Shown here: positions 9,560 to 19,013 of the stretch, piece by piece
Numbering within the stretch: the stretch's first letter is position 1
How the letters are laid out: every line of letters starts with the position of its first letter
NCBI GenBank assembly: GCA_039804165.1
Contig: JBDRZZ010000005.1
Location: 27,290-91,289, forward strand
Origin: a candidate division WOR-3 bacterium
Lineage (GTDB): Bacteria; Hydrothermota; UBA3072
Direction of reading: 5' to 3'
Length of the DNA: 64,000 nt
Notes under the pieces: model-generated
Told to the model about the DNA's origin: nothing
Databases searched by the model: none
Seen by the model: the letters and a program-made list of their open reading frames with translations, nothing else
Made by a program: the position numbers and the translations under genes

Positions 9560-10969
9560 ATGAAATCAGAAAATAGTTCTTTATCCATAAGAGAAAAAAT
9601 TTGTTATGGTTTTGGAGACCTTGCCTCAGTTCTTTATTGGCAAACTTTTATGTTATATTTTACTTATTTCTACACAGACATTTTTCTTATCCCTGCTGCT
9701 TCTGCGGCTTATCTTTTTCTTTTGAGTAGAATCTGGGATGGAATAAACGATCCTATAATGGGAATGATTGCAGATCGGACAAAAACAAGATGGGGAAAAT
9801 TCAGACCTTATTTACTTTGGATTGCTTTCCCTTTTGCTGTTGTGGGCGTTCTTACTTTTACTGTCCCTAATCTTGGCACTACTGGGAAACTAATCTGGGC
9901 CTATATAACTTTCAATCTTATCATGATGCTTTATACAGCGATTAATATACCTTACACAGCCTTACTTGGTGTTATCTCTCCTGATTCAAAGGAGAGGACT
10001 ACAGTCTCTTCTGTGAAATTCATTTTTGCATTTTTGGCAGGAACAATAGTTTCTTTTACCTTGCTTCCAATGACAAAGGCTCTTGGTAAAGGTAATGACG
10101 CAAAAGGTTGGCAGTATTCTTTTATAATATATGGAATTGCAGCGATTATCTTCTTCCTCATTACTTTTGCTGGAACTAAAGAGAGAGTTCAGCCTCCTAA
10201 GACTCAAAAATCTTCTGTTAAGAAGGATATATTTGAATTAATCACGAATGGTCCATGGCTTATTCTTCTTGCAACAACAATAACTTTTATTCTTTTTGTT
10301 GCTGTTCGCAGTAGTGTTACAGTGCATTATTTTAAATATGTTATTGGGACAAGGGAAATTTTTATTCCGTTTTTAGGGAAAATAAAGTGTGATTTCAATA
10401 AGTTGGCTTCCTATTTTAATGGGGTTGGGCAAATTTCAGCACTTATTGGAGCTCTTTTGGTAAATTGGGTTGCAAAGCGAATTGGGAAAAAGAGAGCTTT
10501 TATTACACTATTCATTATCGCAATTTTTAGCACAGCAATCTTCTATTTTTTGACTCCTACACAAATTGCTTTAATTTTCCTTTTTCAGTTTACAGGTTCT
10601 ATAAGTGGTGGTCCTCTAAGTGTTCTTCTTTGGGCAATGTATGCTGATACAGCAGATTATGCTGAATGGAAAAGAGGGAGGAGAACAACGGGTCTTGTAT
10701 TTTCTGCTTCTACAATGTCTCAGAAAATTGGATGGGCTCTTGGGGCTTTTGTTGCTCTTCGCCTTATGTCTGGGGTTGGTTTCCAGCCTAATGTAGAGCA
10801 AACCCCAGAGAGTCTCAGAGGTTTACTCCTACTTTTTAGTTTAATTCCTGCTGGACTTGGGATTTTGTCTCTTCTAATTTTGTCGTTTATATACCCATTA
10901 AGTGACAAAAAAGTTGAACAAATTGGTATGGAGTTGAAAGAAAGAAGAAAGTTAACTGAGGAAGTATAA
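9560..10969 (+). CDS. MFS glycoside-pentoside-hexuronide (GPH):cation symporter
   Basis: MelB/GPH signature region GFGDLASVLYWQTFMLYFTYFYTDIFLIPAA...DGINDPIMGMIADRTKTRWGKFRPYLLW. Confidence 0.8.
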   Translation: MKSENSSLSIREKICYGFGDLASVLYWQTFMLYFTYFYTDIFLIPAASAAYLFLLSRIWDGINDPIMGMIADRTKTRWGKFRPYLLWIAFPFAVVGVLTFTVPNLGTTGKLIWAYITFNLIMMLYTAINIPYTALLGVISPDSKERTTVSSVKFIFAFLAGTIVSFTLLPMTKALGKGNDAKGWQYSFIIYGIAAIIFFLITFAGTKERVQPPKTQKSSVKKDIFELITNGPWLILLATTITFILFVAVRSSVTVHYFKYVIGTREIFIPFLGKIKCDFNKLASYFNGVGQISALIGALLVNWVAKRIGKKRAFITLFIIAIFSTAIFYFLTPTQIALIFLFQFTGSISGGPLSVLLWAMYADTADYAEWKRGRRTTGLVFSASTMSQKIGWALGAFVALRLMSGVGFQPNVEQTPESLRGLLLLFSLIPAGLGILSLLILSFIYPLSDKKVEQIGMELKERRKLTEEV

Positions 10970-10980
10970 GGAGGGAGAGA

Positions 10981-11979
10981 ATGGGTGTAAGAATAATTGG
11001 GAAATCTTTACCTAATATTCCTTGGCAAGATAAACCCAAGGGTTCTAAGGATGTTGTTTGGAGGTATGATAAAAATCCAGTTATTGGGAGAGAAGCCCTA
11101 AATGGTGCAAGAATTTTTAATAGTGCTGTAATTCCTTATAAAGAAGAATTTATTGGCGTTTTTAGGGTTGAGCATAGAAATGGTTATCCTAAATTGCATC
11201 TTGGTAAGAGTAAGGATGCGATTAAATGGAAGATCGAAGAAGAGCCAATAAAGTTCTTAAAAGAAGATGGTTCTTCGGCAAAGCCTATTCTTTATGGTTA
11301 TGATCCGCGAGTTGTAGAAATTGAAGGCATCTATTATATAACTTGGTGTAATTATTTTTATGGACCAACAATAGGTATTGCCAAGACCGAGGATTTTAAG
11401 ACTTTTATTCAGCTTGAAAACGCTTATCTTCCTTTCAATCGTAATGGGGTTTTATTTCCAAGAAGAATAAATGGGAATTTTGTAATGCTAAATCGTCCAA
11501 GTGATAATGGTCATACTCCTTTTGGAGATATTTTCTTAAGTCAAAGTCCAGATATGACATATTGGGGGAAACATAGGCTTGTAATGAGAGCTGGGCACTA
11601 TTGGTGGAAGAATTTAAAAATTGGAGCAGGTCCTATTCCCATAGAGACAACAGAAGGTTGGTTGATGATTTACCATGGAGTTTGTCAAACCTGTAGTGGT
11701 TATATTTATAGTATGGGAGCAGCTCTCTTAGACATTGATGAACCTTATAAGGTTCTTGTTGATTGTGAAAACTTTTTGTTAACCCCGGAGGAGCCTTATG
11801 AAAGAGTTGGTTTTGTTCCGAGTGTTGTTTTTCCTTGTGCTACGCTTCATGATGCAGAAACAGGTAGAATAGCGATATTCTATGGGGCTGCAGATACCAC
11901 TTGTGCGCTTGCTTTTACTAAAGTGGATGAACTTGTTGAATACATAAAAGCAAATCCTTCTAAGCCTTTGGATTGGTAA
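10981..11979 (+). CDS. GH130 beta-mannoside phosphorylase (mannosylglucose- or mannooligosaccharide-phosphorylase type)
   Basis: GH130 core (DPRVVEIEGIYYITWCNY...GVLFPRRINGNFVMLNRPSD...GAGPIP). Its genomic pairing with a cellobiose 2-epimerase is typical of the epimerase/phosphorylase mannan pathway. Confidence 0.85.
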   Translation: MGVRIIGKSLPNIPWQDKPKGSKDVVWRYDKNPVIGREALNGARIFNSAVIPYKEEFIGVFRVEHRNGYPKLHLGKSKDAIKWKIEEEPIKFLKEDGSSAKPILYGYDPRVVEIEGIYYITWCNYFYGPTIGIAKTEDFKTFIQLENAYLPFNRNGVLFPRRINGNFVMLNRPSDNGHTPFGDIFLSQSPDMTYWGKHRLVMRAGHYWWKNLKIGAGPIPIETTEGWLMIYHGVCQTCSGYIYSMGAALLDIDEPYKVLVDCENFLLTPEEPYERVGFVPSVVFPCATLHDAETGRIAIFYGAADTTCALAFTKVDELVEYIKANPSKPLDW

Positions 11980-11980
11980 A

Positions 11981-14377
11981 ATGCAGTTTGGTTATTTTGA
12001 CGATAAGAATAAAGAATATGTTATAGAGCGCCCAGATACTCCAAAATCTTGGAGCAATTATCTTGGTTCTACTGAATATGGAGCGATAATAACGAACAAT
12101 GCAGGAGGATATAGCTTTTTTAAATCCAGTGCTCAGGGTAGATTTATTAGATTGCGTTTTAATTCAATCCCAATGGATCAGCCGGGACGCTATATCTACA
12201 TTCATGATTGTGAAAGTAAGGACTATTGGTCTAGTTCTTGGCAACCTGTGGGTAAGCCCCTTGAACTTTATAAATCTATCTGTAGGCATGGAACTGCTTA
12301 TACGGTTATTTCCTCTGAATATTCAAAGATAAGAACTGAAACAACTTATTTTGTTCCTTTAGATCGTTATTTTGAATTTTGGCTTTTTAAGATTATAAAT
12401 AAGGATTCTAAGAAACGTTCCTTAAGGTTATTTACTTTTGTAGAATACGCCAATAATTGGTTTGTGTGGCAGGATCTTATTAATCTCCAATATACCTTAG
12501 GTATTTTGAGTATGGAGGTTGTGGATAATATAATTGATCATGGGATTAATGTTCTTTTACCTGACGATACAAGAGGCGATTTTGAGAGTCACGATGGGAA
12601 TAGACACACTTTTCTTGGGGTTAGTGGGGTAGAGGTAAGCGGGTATGACACTGATAGAGATATTTTTATTGGACCTTATCGTTCTTATCATAATCCTTTG
12701 GTTGTAGAAGAAGGAAGATGTAGAGGTTCTCTTGCAAAGGGAGATAATGGTTGTGGAACTTTGCAAATTGATCTTGATTTAGAACCAGAAGAAGAGAAGG
12801 AATTTGTTGTCATTATGGGAATTGGTAAGGCAAAAGTGGAAGGGAAACAGGCGATTTGTGAGTTTAAGGACATTAGGAAAGTGTATGAAGAGTTTGATAA
12901 ACTAAAAAAATATTGGCATAGCCGTTTAGAAGGGATGAGTGCTCTAACACCTGATTCTGAATTCAATAGTATGATAAATATGTGGAATCCTTTTAATTGT
13001 CTTATTACTTATACCTGGTCGAGAGCTGCGAGCCTTGTTTATAGTGGAGAACGAGATGGCCTTGGATATAGGGATACAGTTCAAGATATTTTAGGAGTCT
13101 TACATTTAATTCCTGAAGAAGCAGGAAAGAGATTAGAACTTATGATAACAGGACAAGTTTCAACAGGTGGGGCGATGCCTCTTGTGAAACCTTGGTCCCA
13201 TAGTCCAGGAAAAGAAAAACCGCCTTCTCCAAAAGAGTACCGTTCCGATGATTGTCTTTGGTTATTTAATACAATTCCTGCTTATGTTAAAGAAACAGGA
13301 GATATTTCTTTTTATGATAAAGTTCTTCCTTATGCAGATAAAGGAGAAGATACTGTTCTTGGTCATATGAAGAAAGCGATTCAATTTAACCTAAGCCATC
13401 TTGGTGTTCATGGACTACCTTGTGGTTTATATGCCGACTGGAATGATTGCTTGTCAGTTGGTTATGAAGGGGAATCGGTTTTTGTGGCATTTCAGGTTCG
13501 GTATGCTTTAAAAACATATATAGAAATTTGTGAAATGTTGAACAGAAAAGAAGAGGTAGCTTGGGCAGAATCTTACCTTAAAAAATTAGATGAAAATATT
13601 GGAAAATATGCTTGGGATGGAGAGTGGTTCATTAGGGCTTACAAAGATGATGGAATGAAAATTGGTTCAAAGGAGAATGAAGAAGGTCGGATTTGGCTAA
13701 ATCCTCAATCTTGGGCAGTAATAAGTGGATATGCAACTAAAGAACAAAGCATAAAAGTGATGAAGGTTGTGAGAGAAAATCTTGCTACAGAGTATGGAAT
13801 TATGCTTGTGGATCCGCCTTTTGAGAAGACTGACCATAGGGTTGTGAAAGCATCCCTTTTCAATAAAGGAATGAAAGAAAACTCTTCTATATTCTGTCAT
13901 ACTCAAGGCTGGGCAATAATGGCTGAAGCAATGCTTGGGAATGGAGAACAGGCTTACAAATATTATCGTGCTTATTTACCTGCGGCTTACAACGCAAAAG
14001 CTGAGATTAGGCAGATCGAACCTTATGTTTACTGTCAATATACTCACAGCAAATACAGTCCTCGTTATGGAGCTTCCCGTATACCTTGGTTGACTGGTTC
14101 GGCAGCTTGGGCTTATTATGTGGCTACTCAATACATTCTTGGGATTCAGCCGGATTACCATGGGCTTAGGATTGATCCTTGTATTCCTTCTTCTTGGAGA
14201 GAGTATAAAGTTAGAAGAAAATTTAGAAATAAGATTCTTGAAATCAAAGTGGAGAATAAAACTGGAGTCCAAAAAGGAGCAAAAAGAATCATAATTAATG
14301 GAGAGGAAATAGAAGGTAATTTCATTCCAATTGATAAGTTAAAGGAGAATAATACGGTTTTTGTAGAAATGGGATAG
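11981..14377 (+). CDS. Second GH94 phosphorylase (cellobiose/cellodextrin phosphorylase-like paralog)
   Basis: MQFGYFDDKNKEYVIERPDTPKSWSNYLG...GGYSFFKSSAQGRFIRLRFNSIPMD. 798 aa. Confidence 0.85.
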   Translation: MQFGYFDDKNKEYVIERPDTPKSWSNYLGSTEYGAIITNNAGGYSFFKSSAQGRFIRLRFNSIPMDQPGRYIYIHDCESKDYWSSSWQPVGKPLELYKSICRHGTAYTVISSEYSKIRTETTYFVPLDRYFEFWLFKIINKDSKKRSLRLFTFVEYANNWFVWQDLINLQYTLGILSMEVVDNIIDHGINVLLPDDTRGDFESHDGNRHTFLGVSGVEVSGYDTDRDIFIGPYRSYHNPLVVEEGRCRGSLAKGDNGCGTLQIDLDLEPEEEKEFVVIMGIGKAKVEGKQAICEFKDIRKVYEEFDKLKKYWHSRLEGMSALTPDSEFNSMINMWNPFNCLITYTWSRAASLVYSGERDGLGYRDTVQDILGVLHLIPEEAGKRLELMITGQVSTGGAMPLVKPWSHSPGKEKPPSPKEYRSDDCLWLFNTIPAYVKETGDISFYDKVLPYADKGEDTVLGHMKKAIQFNLSHLGVHGLPCGLYADWNDCLSVGYEGESVFVAFQVRYALKTYIEICEMLNRKEEVAWAESYLKKLDENIGKYAWDGEWFIRAYKDDGMKIGSKENEEGRIWLNPQSWAVISGYATKEQSIKVMKVVRENLATEYGIMLVDPPFEKTDHRVVKASLFNKGMKENSSIFCHTQGWAIMAEAMLGNGEQAYKYYRAYLPAAYNAKAEIRQIEPYVYCQYTHSKYSPRYGASRIPWLTGSAAWAYYVATQYILGIQPDYHGLRIDPCIPSSWREYKVRRKFRNKILEIKVENKTGVQKGAKRIIINGEEIEGNFIPIDKLKENNTVFVEMG

Positions 14378-14380
14378 TGA

Positions 14381-15592
14381 ATGGAACCTTCAACCTCTTT
14401 TGATACTTATTATAAAGAGATTGAGGGAGAATTAAGAACTAATATTCTTCCTTTTTGGGATAAGACAATTGATTTAGAAAATGGTGGATTTTTTGGAAGA
14501 ATTTTGAATAATGGAGAGGTGAAAAAGAAATCTCCAAAAGCATCTGTTCTAAACACAAGAATTCTCTGGACATACTCTGCTGTATACAGAAAATTTAGAG
14601 AAAAAAGATATATGGAATTAGCCCAAAGAGCTTATAGTTATCTAAAGGATTTTTTTTATGATAAGGAAAAAGGAGGAATTTTTTGGCTTCTTGATTGCAA
14701 AGGTAATCCTATTGATACAAAGAAACAGATCTACGCTCAAGCTTTTTGTTTATATGCTCTAAGTGAATTTTATAAAATTTATAGAGAAAAAGAAGTTTTA
14801 GATTGGACAAGTGAGATTTTTGAGTTGATAGAGAAATATAGTTTTGACCCTGAATATTTGGGTTATTTTGAGGCTATGGATAGAAATTGGAATTGGATAG
14901 AAGATGTTAGATTAAGTGAAAAGGATCAAAATGAAAGAAAAACAACTAATACTCATCTTCATCTCTTAGAAGCATACACAAATTTTCTTGAGGTAAAAAA
15001 GGACGAAAGAGTAAAAACTCGATTAAAACAGTTAGTTCAAATTTTTCTTGATAAAATTATAGATCCAGCAACTGGACATTTTAATTTATTTTTTGATGAA
15101 AAATGGAATAAAAAGTCACAGGTTTTTTCCTATGGTCATGACATTGAAGGTAGTTGGTTAATTTGGAAAGCTTCTTCTTTATTAGGAGACGAATCTCTTA
15201 AGAGGAAAGTTAAGGAAGCTTCTTTAAGGCTTGCCGAGGCAACTTTAAGGGATGGGGTAGACTCTTCTGGTGGAGTAATGAACGAAGGGAATATAATGGG
15301 TGTTTTTGACTCTGATAAACACTGGTGGGTTCAAGCTGAAGCTATGGTAGGTTTCTTTAATGCATTTGAGTTGTCAGGGGATGATAAATTTTTTAATGCA
15401 TCTTGGGATTCCTGGAATTTTATAAAAAAATATATTATAGATTATAAAAATGGAGAATGGTTCTTTAGAGTAAATAGAGAAGGGATCCCTTATTATGAAG
15501 AAGACAAAGTCGGACCTTGGAAATGTCCTTACCATAATTCAAGAGCTTGCTTAGAATTAATGGAAAGGTTGGGGCCTTTTAGAAACAATTAA
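14381..15592 (+). CDS. Cellobiose 2-epimerase / N-acylglucosamine 2-epimerase (AGE) family
   Basis: AGE-family (alpha/alpha)6 barrel. TNILPFWDKTIDLENGGFFGRI...QAFCLYALSEFY...GHDIEGSWLIW. Confidence 0.8.
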   Translation: MEPSTSFDTYYKEIEGELRTNILPFWDKTIDLENGGFFGRILNNGEVKKKSPKASVLNTRILWTYSAVYRKFREKRYMELAQRAYSYLKDFFYDKEKGGIFWLLDCKGNPIDTKKQIYAQAFCLYALSEFYKIYREKEVLDWTSEIFELIEKYSFDPEYLGYFEAMDRNWNWIEDVRLSEKDQNERKTTNTHLHLLEAYTNFLEVKKDERVKTRLKQLVQIFLDKIIDPATGHFNLFFDEKWNKKSQVFSYGHDIEGSWLIWKASSLLGDESLKRKVKEASLRLAEATLRDGVDSSGGVMNEGNIMGVFDSDKHWWVQAEAMVGFFNAFELSGDDKFFNASWDSWNFIKKYIIDYKNGEWFFRVNREGIPYYEEDKVGPWKCPYHNSRACLELMERLGPFRNN

Positions 15593-15608
15593 GGGAGGAA
15601 GAATAAAA

Positions 15609-16811
15609 ATGAAGAGATTTTTAAAAGAATTATTGTTGTTTGGAGTTTTTTTTCTTGGAGAAGGTTTAGTTGCTCTTGATGATGGGTTAGCTCGAACACC
15701 CCCTATGGGATGGAATAGCTGGAACAGTTTTCAGACAAACGTTAATGAAGAAGTAATAAAAGAGATTGTAGATGCTATGATAAGAACAGGAATGAGAGAT
15801 GCTGGGTATGAATATATAATTATAGATGATGGTTGGGAGGCTATGGAAAGAGATAAAGAGGGAAAAATAGTTCCAGATCCAAAGAAATTCCCAAAAGGGA
15901 TGAAAGCCTTGGGAGATTATATTCACTCTAAGGGATTTAAATTTGGGATTCATAATGATGCTGGAACAAGAACTTGTGCAGGTTATCCTGGTGGACGAGG
16001 GCATGAATTTTTGGATGCAAAGACTTATGCTTCTTGGGGCGTTGATTATTTAAAATATGATTGGTGTAATACAGGTTCAGCGAATGCAGAAGAAACTTAT
16101 AAAACAATGAGGGATGCATTAAAAGCGACTGGTAGACCAATTATTTTTAGCATTTGCGAATGGGGAAGCAATAAACCTTGGTTGTGGGGTAAAGATGTTG
16201 GTCATTTATGGAGGACAACAGGAGATATAATGAATTGTTATGATTGCCAAGGAGTTTATTCTTTGGGGTGGAAGGTAATTTTGGATGAGCAGGTTGGTCT
16301 TGAGAAATATGCTGGACCTGGACACTGGAATGATCCCGATATGTTAGTGGTTGGAATGGAGGGTTTGAGCTTAGCTGAATCTAGGTCTCATTTCTCTTTA
16401 TGGTGTATTTTGGCAGCTCCTCTAATAGCGAGTAATGATATAAGAAATATGTCTGAAGAGATTAGGCAAATTCTTACCAATAAAGAAGTCATTGCCATAG
16501 ACCAGGATTCATTGGGAAAACAAGGTTATAAGATAATGGATCATCCTGGAAAGGAAATTTGGGTAAAGGAGCTTTCGGGAGGGGCCTGGGCTGTTTGTTT
16601 CCATAATACAGGAGAAGAACCTCTTAAAATGAAAATTATCTGGGGTCATCTCTGGATTTTAAGGGGTAAATACAATAAGTATAAAGTTAGAGATCTTTGG
16701 GAAAAGAAAGATTTAGGAATAATAGATCTTGAGAAGAAAGGAGATGAGTTTTATATAAAAGAGATTTCTCCTCATGATGTTTTGCTTTTAAAATTTACCC
16801 CCATTAAGTGA
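15609..16811 (+). CDS. GH27 alpha-galactosidase, probably secreted
   Basis: N-terminal hydrophobic signal, then ARTPPMGWNSWNSF...YEYIIIDDGWE...YLKYDWC (GH27 catalytic region). Confidence 0.85.
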   Translation: MKRFLKELLLFGVFFLGEGLVALDDGLARTPPMGWNSWNSFQTNVNEEVIKEIVDAMIRTGMRDAGYEYIIIDDGWEAMERDKEGKIVPDPKKFPKGMKALGDYIHSKGFKFGIHNDAGTRTCAGYPGGRGHEFLDAKTYASWGVDYLKYDWCNTGSANAEETYKTMRDALKATGRPIIFSICEWGSNKPWLWGKDVGHLWRTTGDIMNCYDCQGVYSLGWKVILDEQVGLEKYAGPGHWNDPDMLVVGMEGLSLAESRSHFSLWCILAAPLIASNDIRNMSEEIRQILTNKEVIAIDQDSLGKQGYKIMDHPGKEIWVKELSGGAWAVCFHNTGEEPLKMKIIWGHLWILRGKYNKYKVRDLWEKKDLGIIDLEKKGDEFYIKEISPHDVLLLKFTPIK

Positions 16812-16859
16812 GTATTAGGAAGAGTTGACAAATTTCCTCTTTTTTGTTATTCTTAATTA

Positions 16860-17957
16860 ATGGTTGATTTTCTTACAGAAATCTTTAAAGGGCTAGGGAA
16901 AGAAGAAACTCAAAAAGTTAAAGAATTATTTGAGGAAGTTACTTTTGAAGAAGATAGTCCAATAATTAAAGAGGGAGAGTTTGGAGGGGAAGTTTACATT
17001 CTGAAAGAGGGAAGAGCTTTGGTGACGAAAAAAGGCAAATTTCTTGCGGAATTACATCCAGGGGATATTTTTGGGGAAATGTCTCTCTTAGAAGAAAAAG
17101 TTCATTCAGCCACTGTTTTTTCAAGAGAAAAAGTGACTCTTCTAAGAGCGAATAAAGATAGTTTCTATAAACTTCTAACTATAAATCCTAAGATTTCGAT
17201 TTATCTTCTTAAGATGCTTTCGAGTAGATTAAGATCCATTGACGAAGACATTGTAGAGAAAGCCCTACAGGAGGAAAGGCTTGCGGTTCTTGGTAAGCTT
17301 GGTTCTACAATAATTCATGATATAAAATCTCCTCTTGCTGCTATCAAAGCTTACGCAGAACTTTTGAAAGAGAAAGAGGATGATAGAGTTAGAAGATATG
17401 CTGAGTCAATTAATAAAGCAGCTAATTTTGCTCTTGAGATGATAGAAGATATTTTGGAGTTTGGGAGAGATAAAAGTTCTTTGGATGTAAGAAAAGTTAA
17501 CATTTACGATTTCCTCAAAGAAGTTGTTGAACTATTTGGAGAAGATTATGATGGGAAGGAAATTGAGTTTAAAATCGAAGTTCCTTCTTATTTGAGTTTT
17601 GAATTTGATCCTTTTAAGTTGAAAAGAGTGTTTATAAATCTTCTGAAGAATGCAAAAGAGGCTATTAAGAATAAAGGAACAGTTGAAATTGGAGCAAAAG
17701 AGATAGGGGATGGGGTAGAGTTATATGTAAAAGATACAGGAGTCGGAATGCCTCCAAATATAAAGGATAGAATTTTTGAGCCATTTTTTACTTATGGGAA
17801 GAGAGGGATAGGTTTGGGTATGAGTGTTGTGAAAAAGATTGTTGACGAACATAATGGGAAAATAGAGGTTGAGAGTATAGAAGGGAAGGGAACAACATTT
17901 AAGATTTTTTTGTTTAAGGAGGAAAGGAATGATCAAAGAATTGATAGAGAAGAATAG
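16860..17957 (+). CDS. Cyclic-nucleotide-binding (CAP_ED) domain fused to a histidine kinase (HisKA + HATPase_c). Soluble
   Basis: cNMP-binding fold (GEFGGEVYILKEGRALV...GDIFGEMSLL), H-box STIIHDIKSPLAAIKAY, and an ATPase domain with G-boxes (DTGVGMP, GLGMSVV). No transmembrane segments. Confidence 0.75.
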   Translation: MVDFLTEIFKGLGKEETQKVKELFEEVTFEEDSPIIKEGEFGGEVYILKEGRALVTKKGKFLAELHPGDIFGEMSLLEEKVHSATVFSREKVTLLRANKDSFYKLLTINPKISIYLLKMLSSRLRSIDEDIVEKALQEERLAVLGKLGSTIIHDIKSPLAAIKAYAELLKEKEDDRVRRYAESINKAANFALEMIEDILEFGRDKSSLDVRKVNIYDFLKEVVELFGEDYDGKEIEFKIEVPSYLSFEFDPFKLKRVFINLLKNAKEAIKNKGTVEIGAKEIGDGVELYVKDTGVGMPPNIKDRIFEPFFTYGKRGIGLGMSVVKKIVDEHNGKIEVESIEGKGTTFKIFLFKEERNDQRIDREE

Positions 17958-18498
17958 AAGTTATCGGCGTTTCGAGAAGAATTTTAAAATTTCGAAAAAA
18001 ACACTAATTGAATTAGTTGGGCTTGCAAGACTTGGGGCATCCGCTGCAAATCTTCAGCCTCTTAAGTATATTATTTCAAATACAAAAGAAAAGAATGAGA
18101 AAATCTTTTCCTGCACAAAATGGGCAACTTATTTAACGAATTGGGAAGGGCCTTCTCCAAGTGAGAGACCCTCAGCGTATATTCTAATTCTTGGTGATAC
18201 TCAAATTACTTCTTCTTTCGGTTGTGATCATGGAATCGCGGCCCAGAATATTCTTCTTGGAGCTGTTGAAAAAGGATTAGGAGGATGCATTTTAGGAGCT
18301 CTTGATAGAAAAACCTTGCATAAGAATCTTAATATTCCTTCTCGTTATCAAATCTTACTTGCAATTGCTCTTGGTAAGCCGAAAGAAAAAGTTGTAATTG
18401 AAACCGCTAAAAATGGAAATATAAGATATTGGAGAGACAAAAAAGGTATTCATCACGTTCCCAAAAGATCTCTTAAGGAGTTAATTCTTGATTTGTAA
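17929..18498 (+). CDS. Nitroreductase-family flavoprotein
   Basis: RSYRRFEKNFKISKKTLIELVGLARLGASAANLQP N-terminus typical of NfsB/NfnB-like nitroreductases. Overlaps the upstream kinase by 29 nt. Confidence 0.75.
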   Translation: MIKELIEKNRSYRRFEKNFKISKKTLIELVGLARLGASAANLQPLKYIISNTKEKNEKIFSCTKWATYLTNWEGPSPSERPSAYILILGDTQITSSFGCDHGIAAQNILLGAVEKGLGGCILGALDRKTLHKNLNIPSRYQILLAIALGKPKEKVVIETAKNGNIRYWRDKKGIHHVPKRSLKELILDL

Positions 18499-18523
18499 AG
18501 TTTTTCCTCTCTATAAAGAGCTC

Positions 18524-18552
18524 TTGACAAAGGAATTCTTTCTTTTATATTA
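18524..18552 (+). promoter_or_regulatory. Sigma70-type promoter for tRNA-Gly/tRNA-Cys/rpsT
   Basis: TTGACA (18524-18529), a 16-17-nt spacer, then TATATT. Confidence 0.4.
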
Positions 18553-18564
18553 TTTTTTAAATAA

Positions 18565-18636
18565 GCGGGAATAGCTCAGCGGTAGAGCGTCACCTTGCCA
18601 AGGTGAAAGTCGCGGGTTCAAATCCCGTTTCCCGCT
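18565..18636 (+). tRNA. tRNA-Gly (anticodon GCC)
   Basis: Cloverleaf gcgggaa/ttcccgc acceptor stem, anticodon loop ccttGCCaagg and TPsiC arm gcgggttcaaatcccgt. No encoded CCA. Confidence 0.9.
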
Positions 18637-18644
18637 TTTTATTT

Positions 18645-18716
18645 GGCGGCATAGCCAAGTGGAAAGGCAACGGTCTGCAAAACCGTTACACCCCGGTTCG
18701 AATCCGGGTGCCGCCT
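18645..18716 (+). tRNA. tRNA-Cys (anticodon GCA)
   Basis: ggcggca/tgccgcc acceptor stem, anticodon loop gtctGCAaaac and TPsiC arm ccggttcgaatccgg. Confidence 0.9.
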
Positions 18717-18755
18717 GAAAGAGAAAAGATTTTATTTAAAAATGGAGGTTTCTTA

Positions 18756-19013
18756 ATGCCGAATACGAAATCAGCTAAGAAAAGAGTAAGAATATCAGAA
18801 GAGAGAAGGAGAAGAAATAAGGGTGTTAAGACCCGAATCAAAAATATTGGAAGGAAAATAAGAGAAGAGAAAGATCCTGAAAAAGCGAAAGAGTTACTAA
18901 AATTAGCTTATTCGGTGATAGATAAAGCTGTTAAAAAGGGTGTCCTTCATAGAAATACTGCGGCACGGAAGAAGTCAAAGTTATCTAAGGTAGTCCAGCT
19001 TAAGGCGATATAG
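18756..19013 (+). CDS. rpsT: 30S ribosomal protein S20
   Basis: MPNTKSAKKRVRISEERRRRNKGVKTRIKN... with RBS GGAGG. The ORF-track entry 18603..19013 is over-extended across the tRNA genes. Confidence 0.9.
   Translation: MPNTKSAKKRVRISEERRRRNKGVKTRIKNIGRKIREEKDPEKAKELLKLAYSVIDKAVKKGVLHRNTAARKKSKLSKVVQLKAI

Noticed and set aside
18603-18755. The track ORF extends rpsT upstream across two tRNA genes ([10 protein letters not shown]...)
   Set aside because: The extension is the tRNA-Gly/tRNA-Cys sequence read as protein. The real rpsT start is the ATG at 18756, which has a good RBS.
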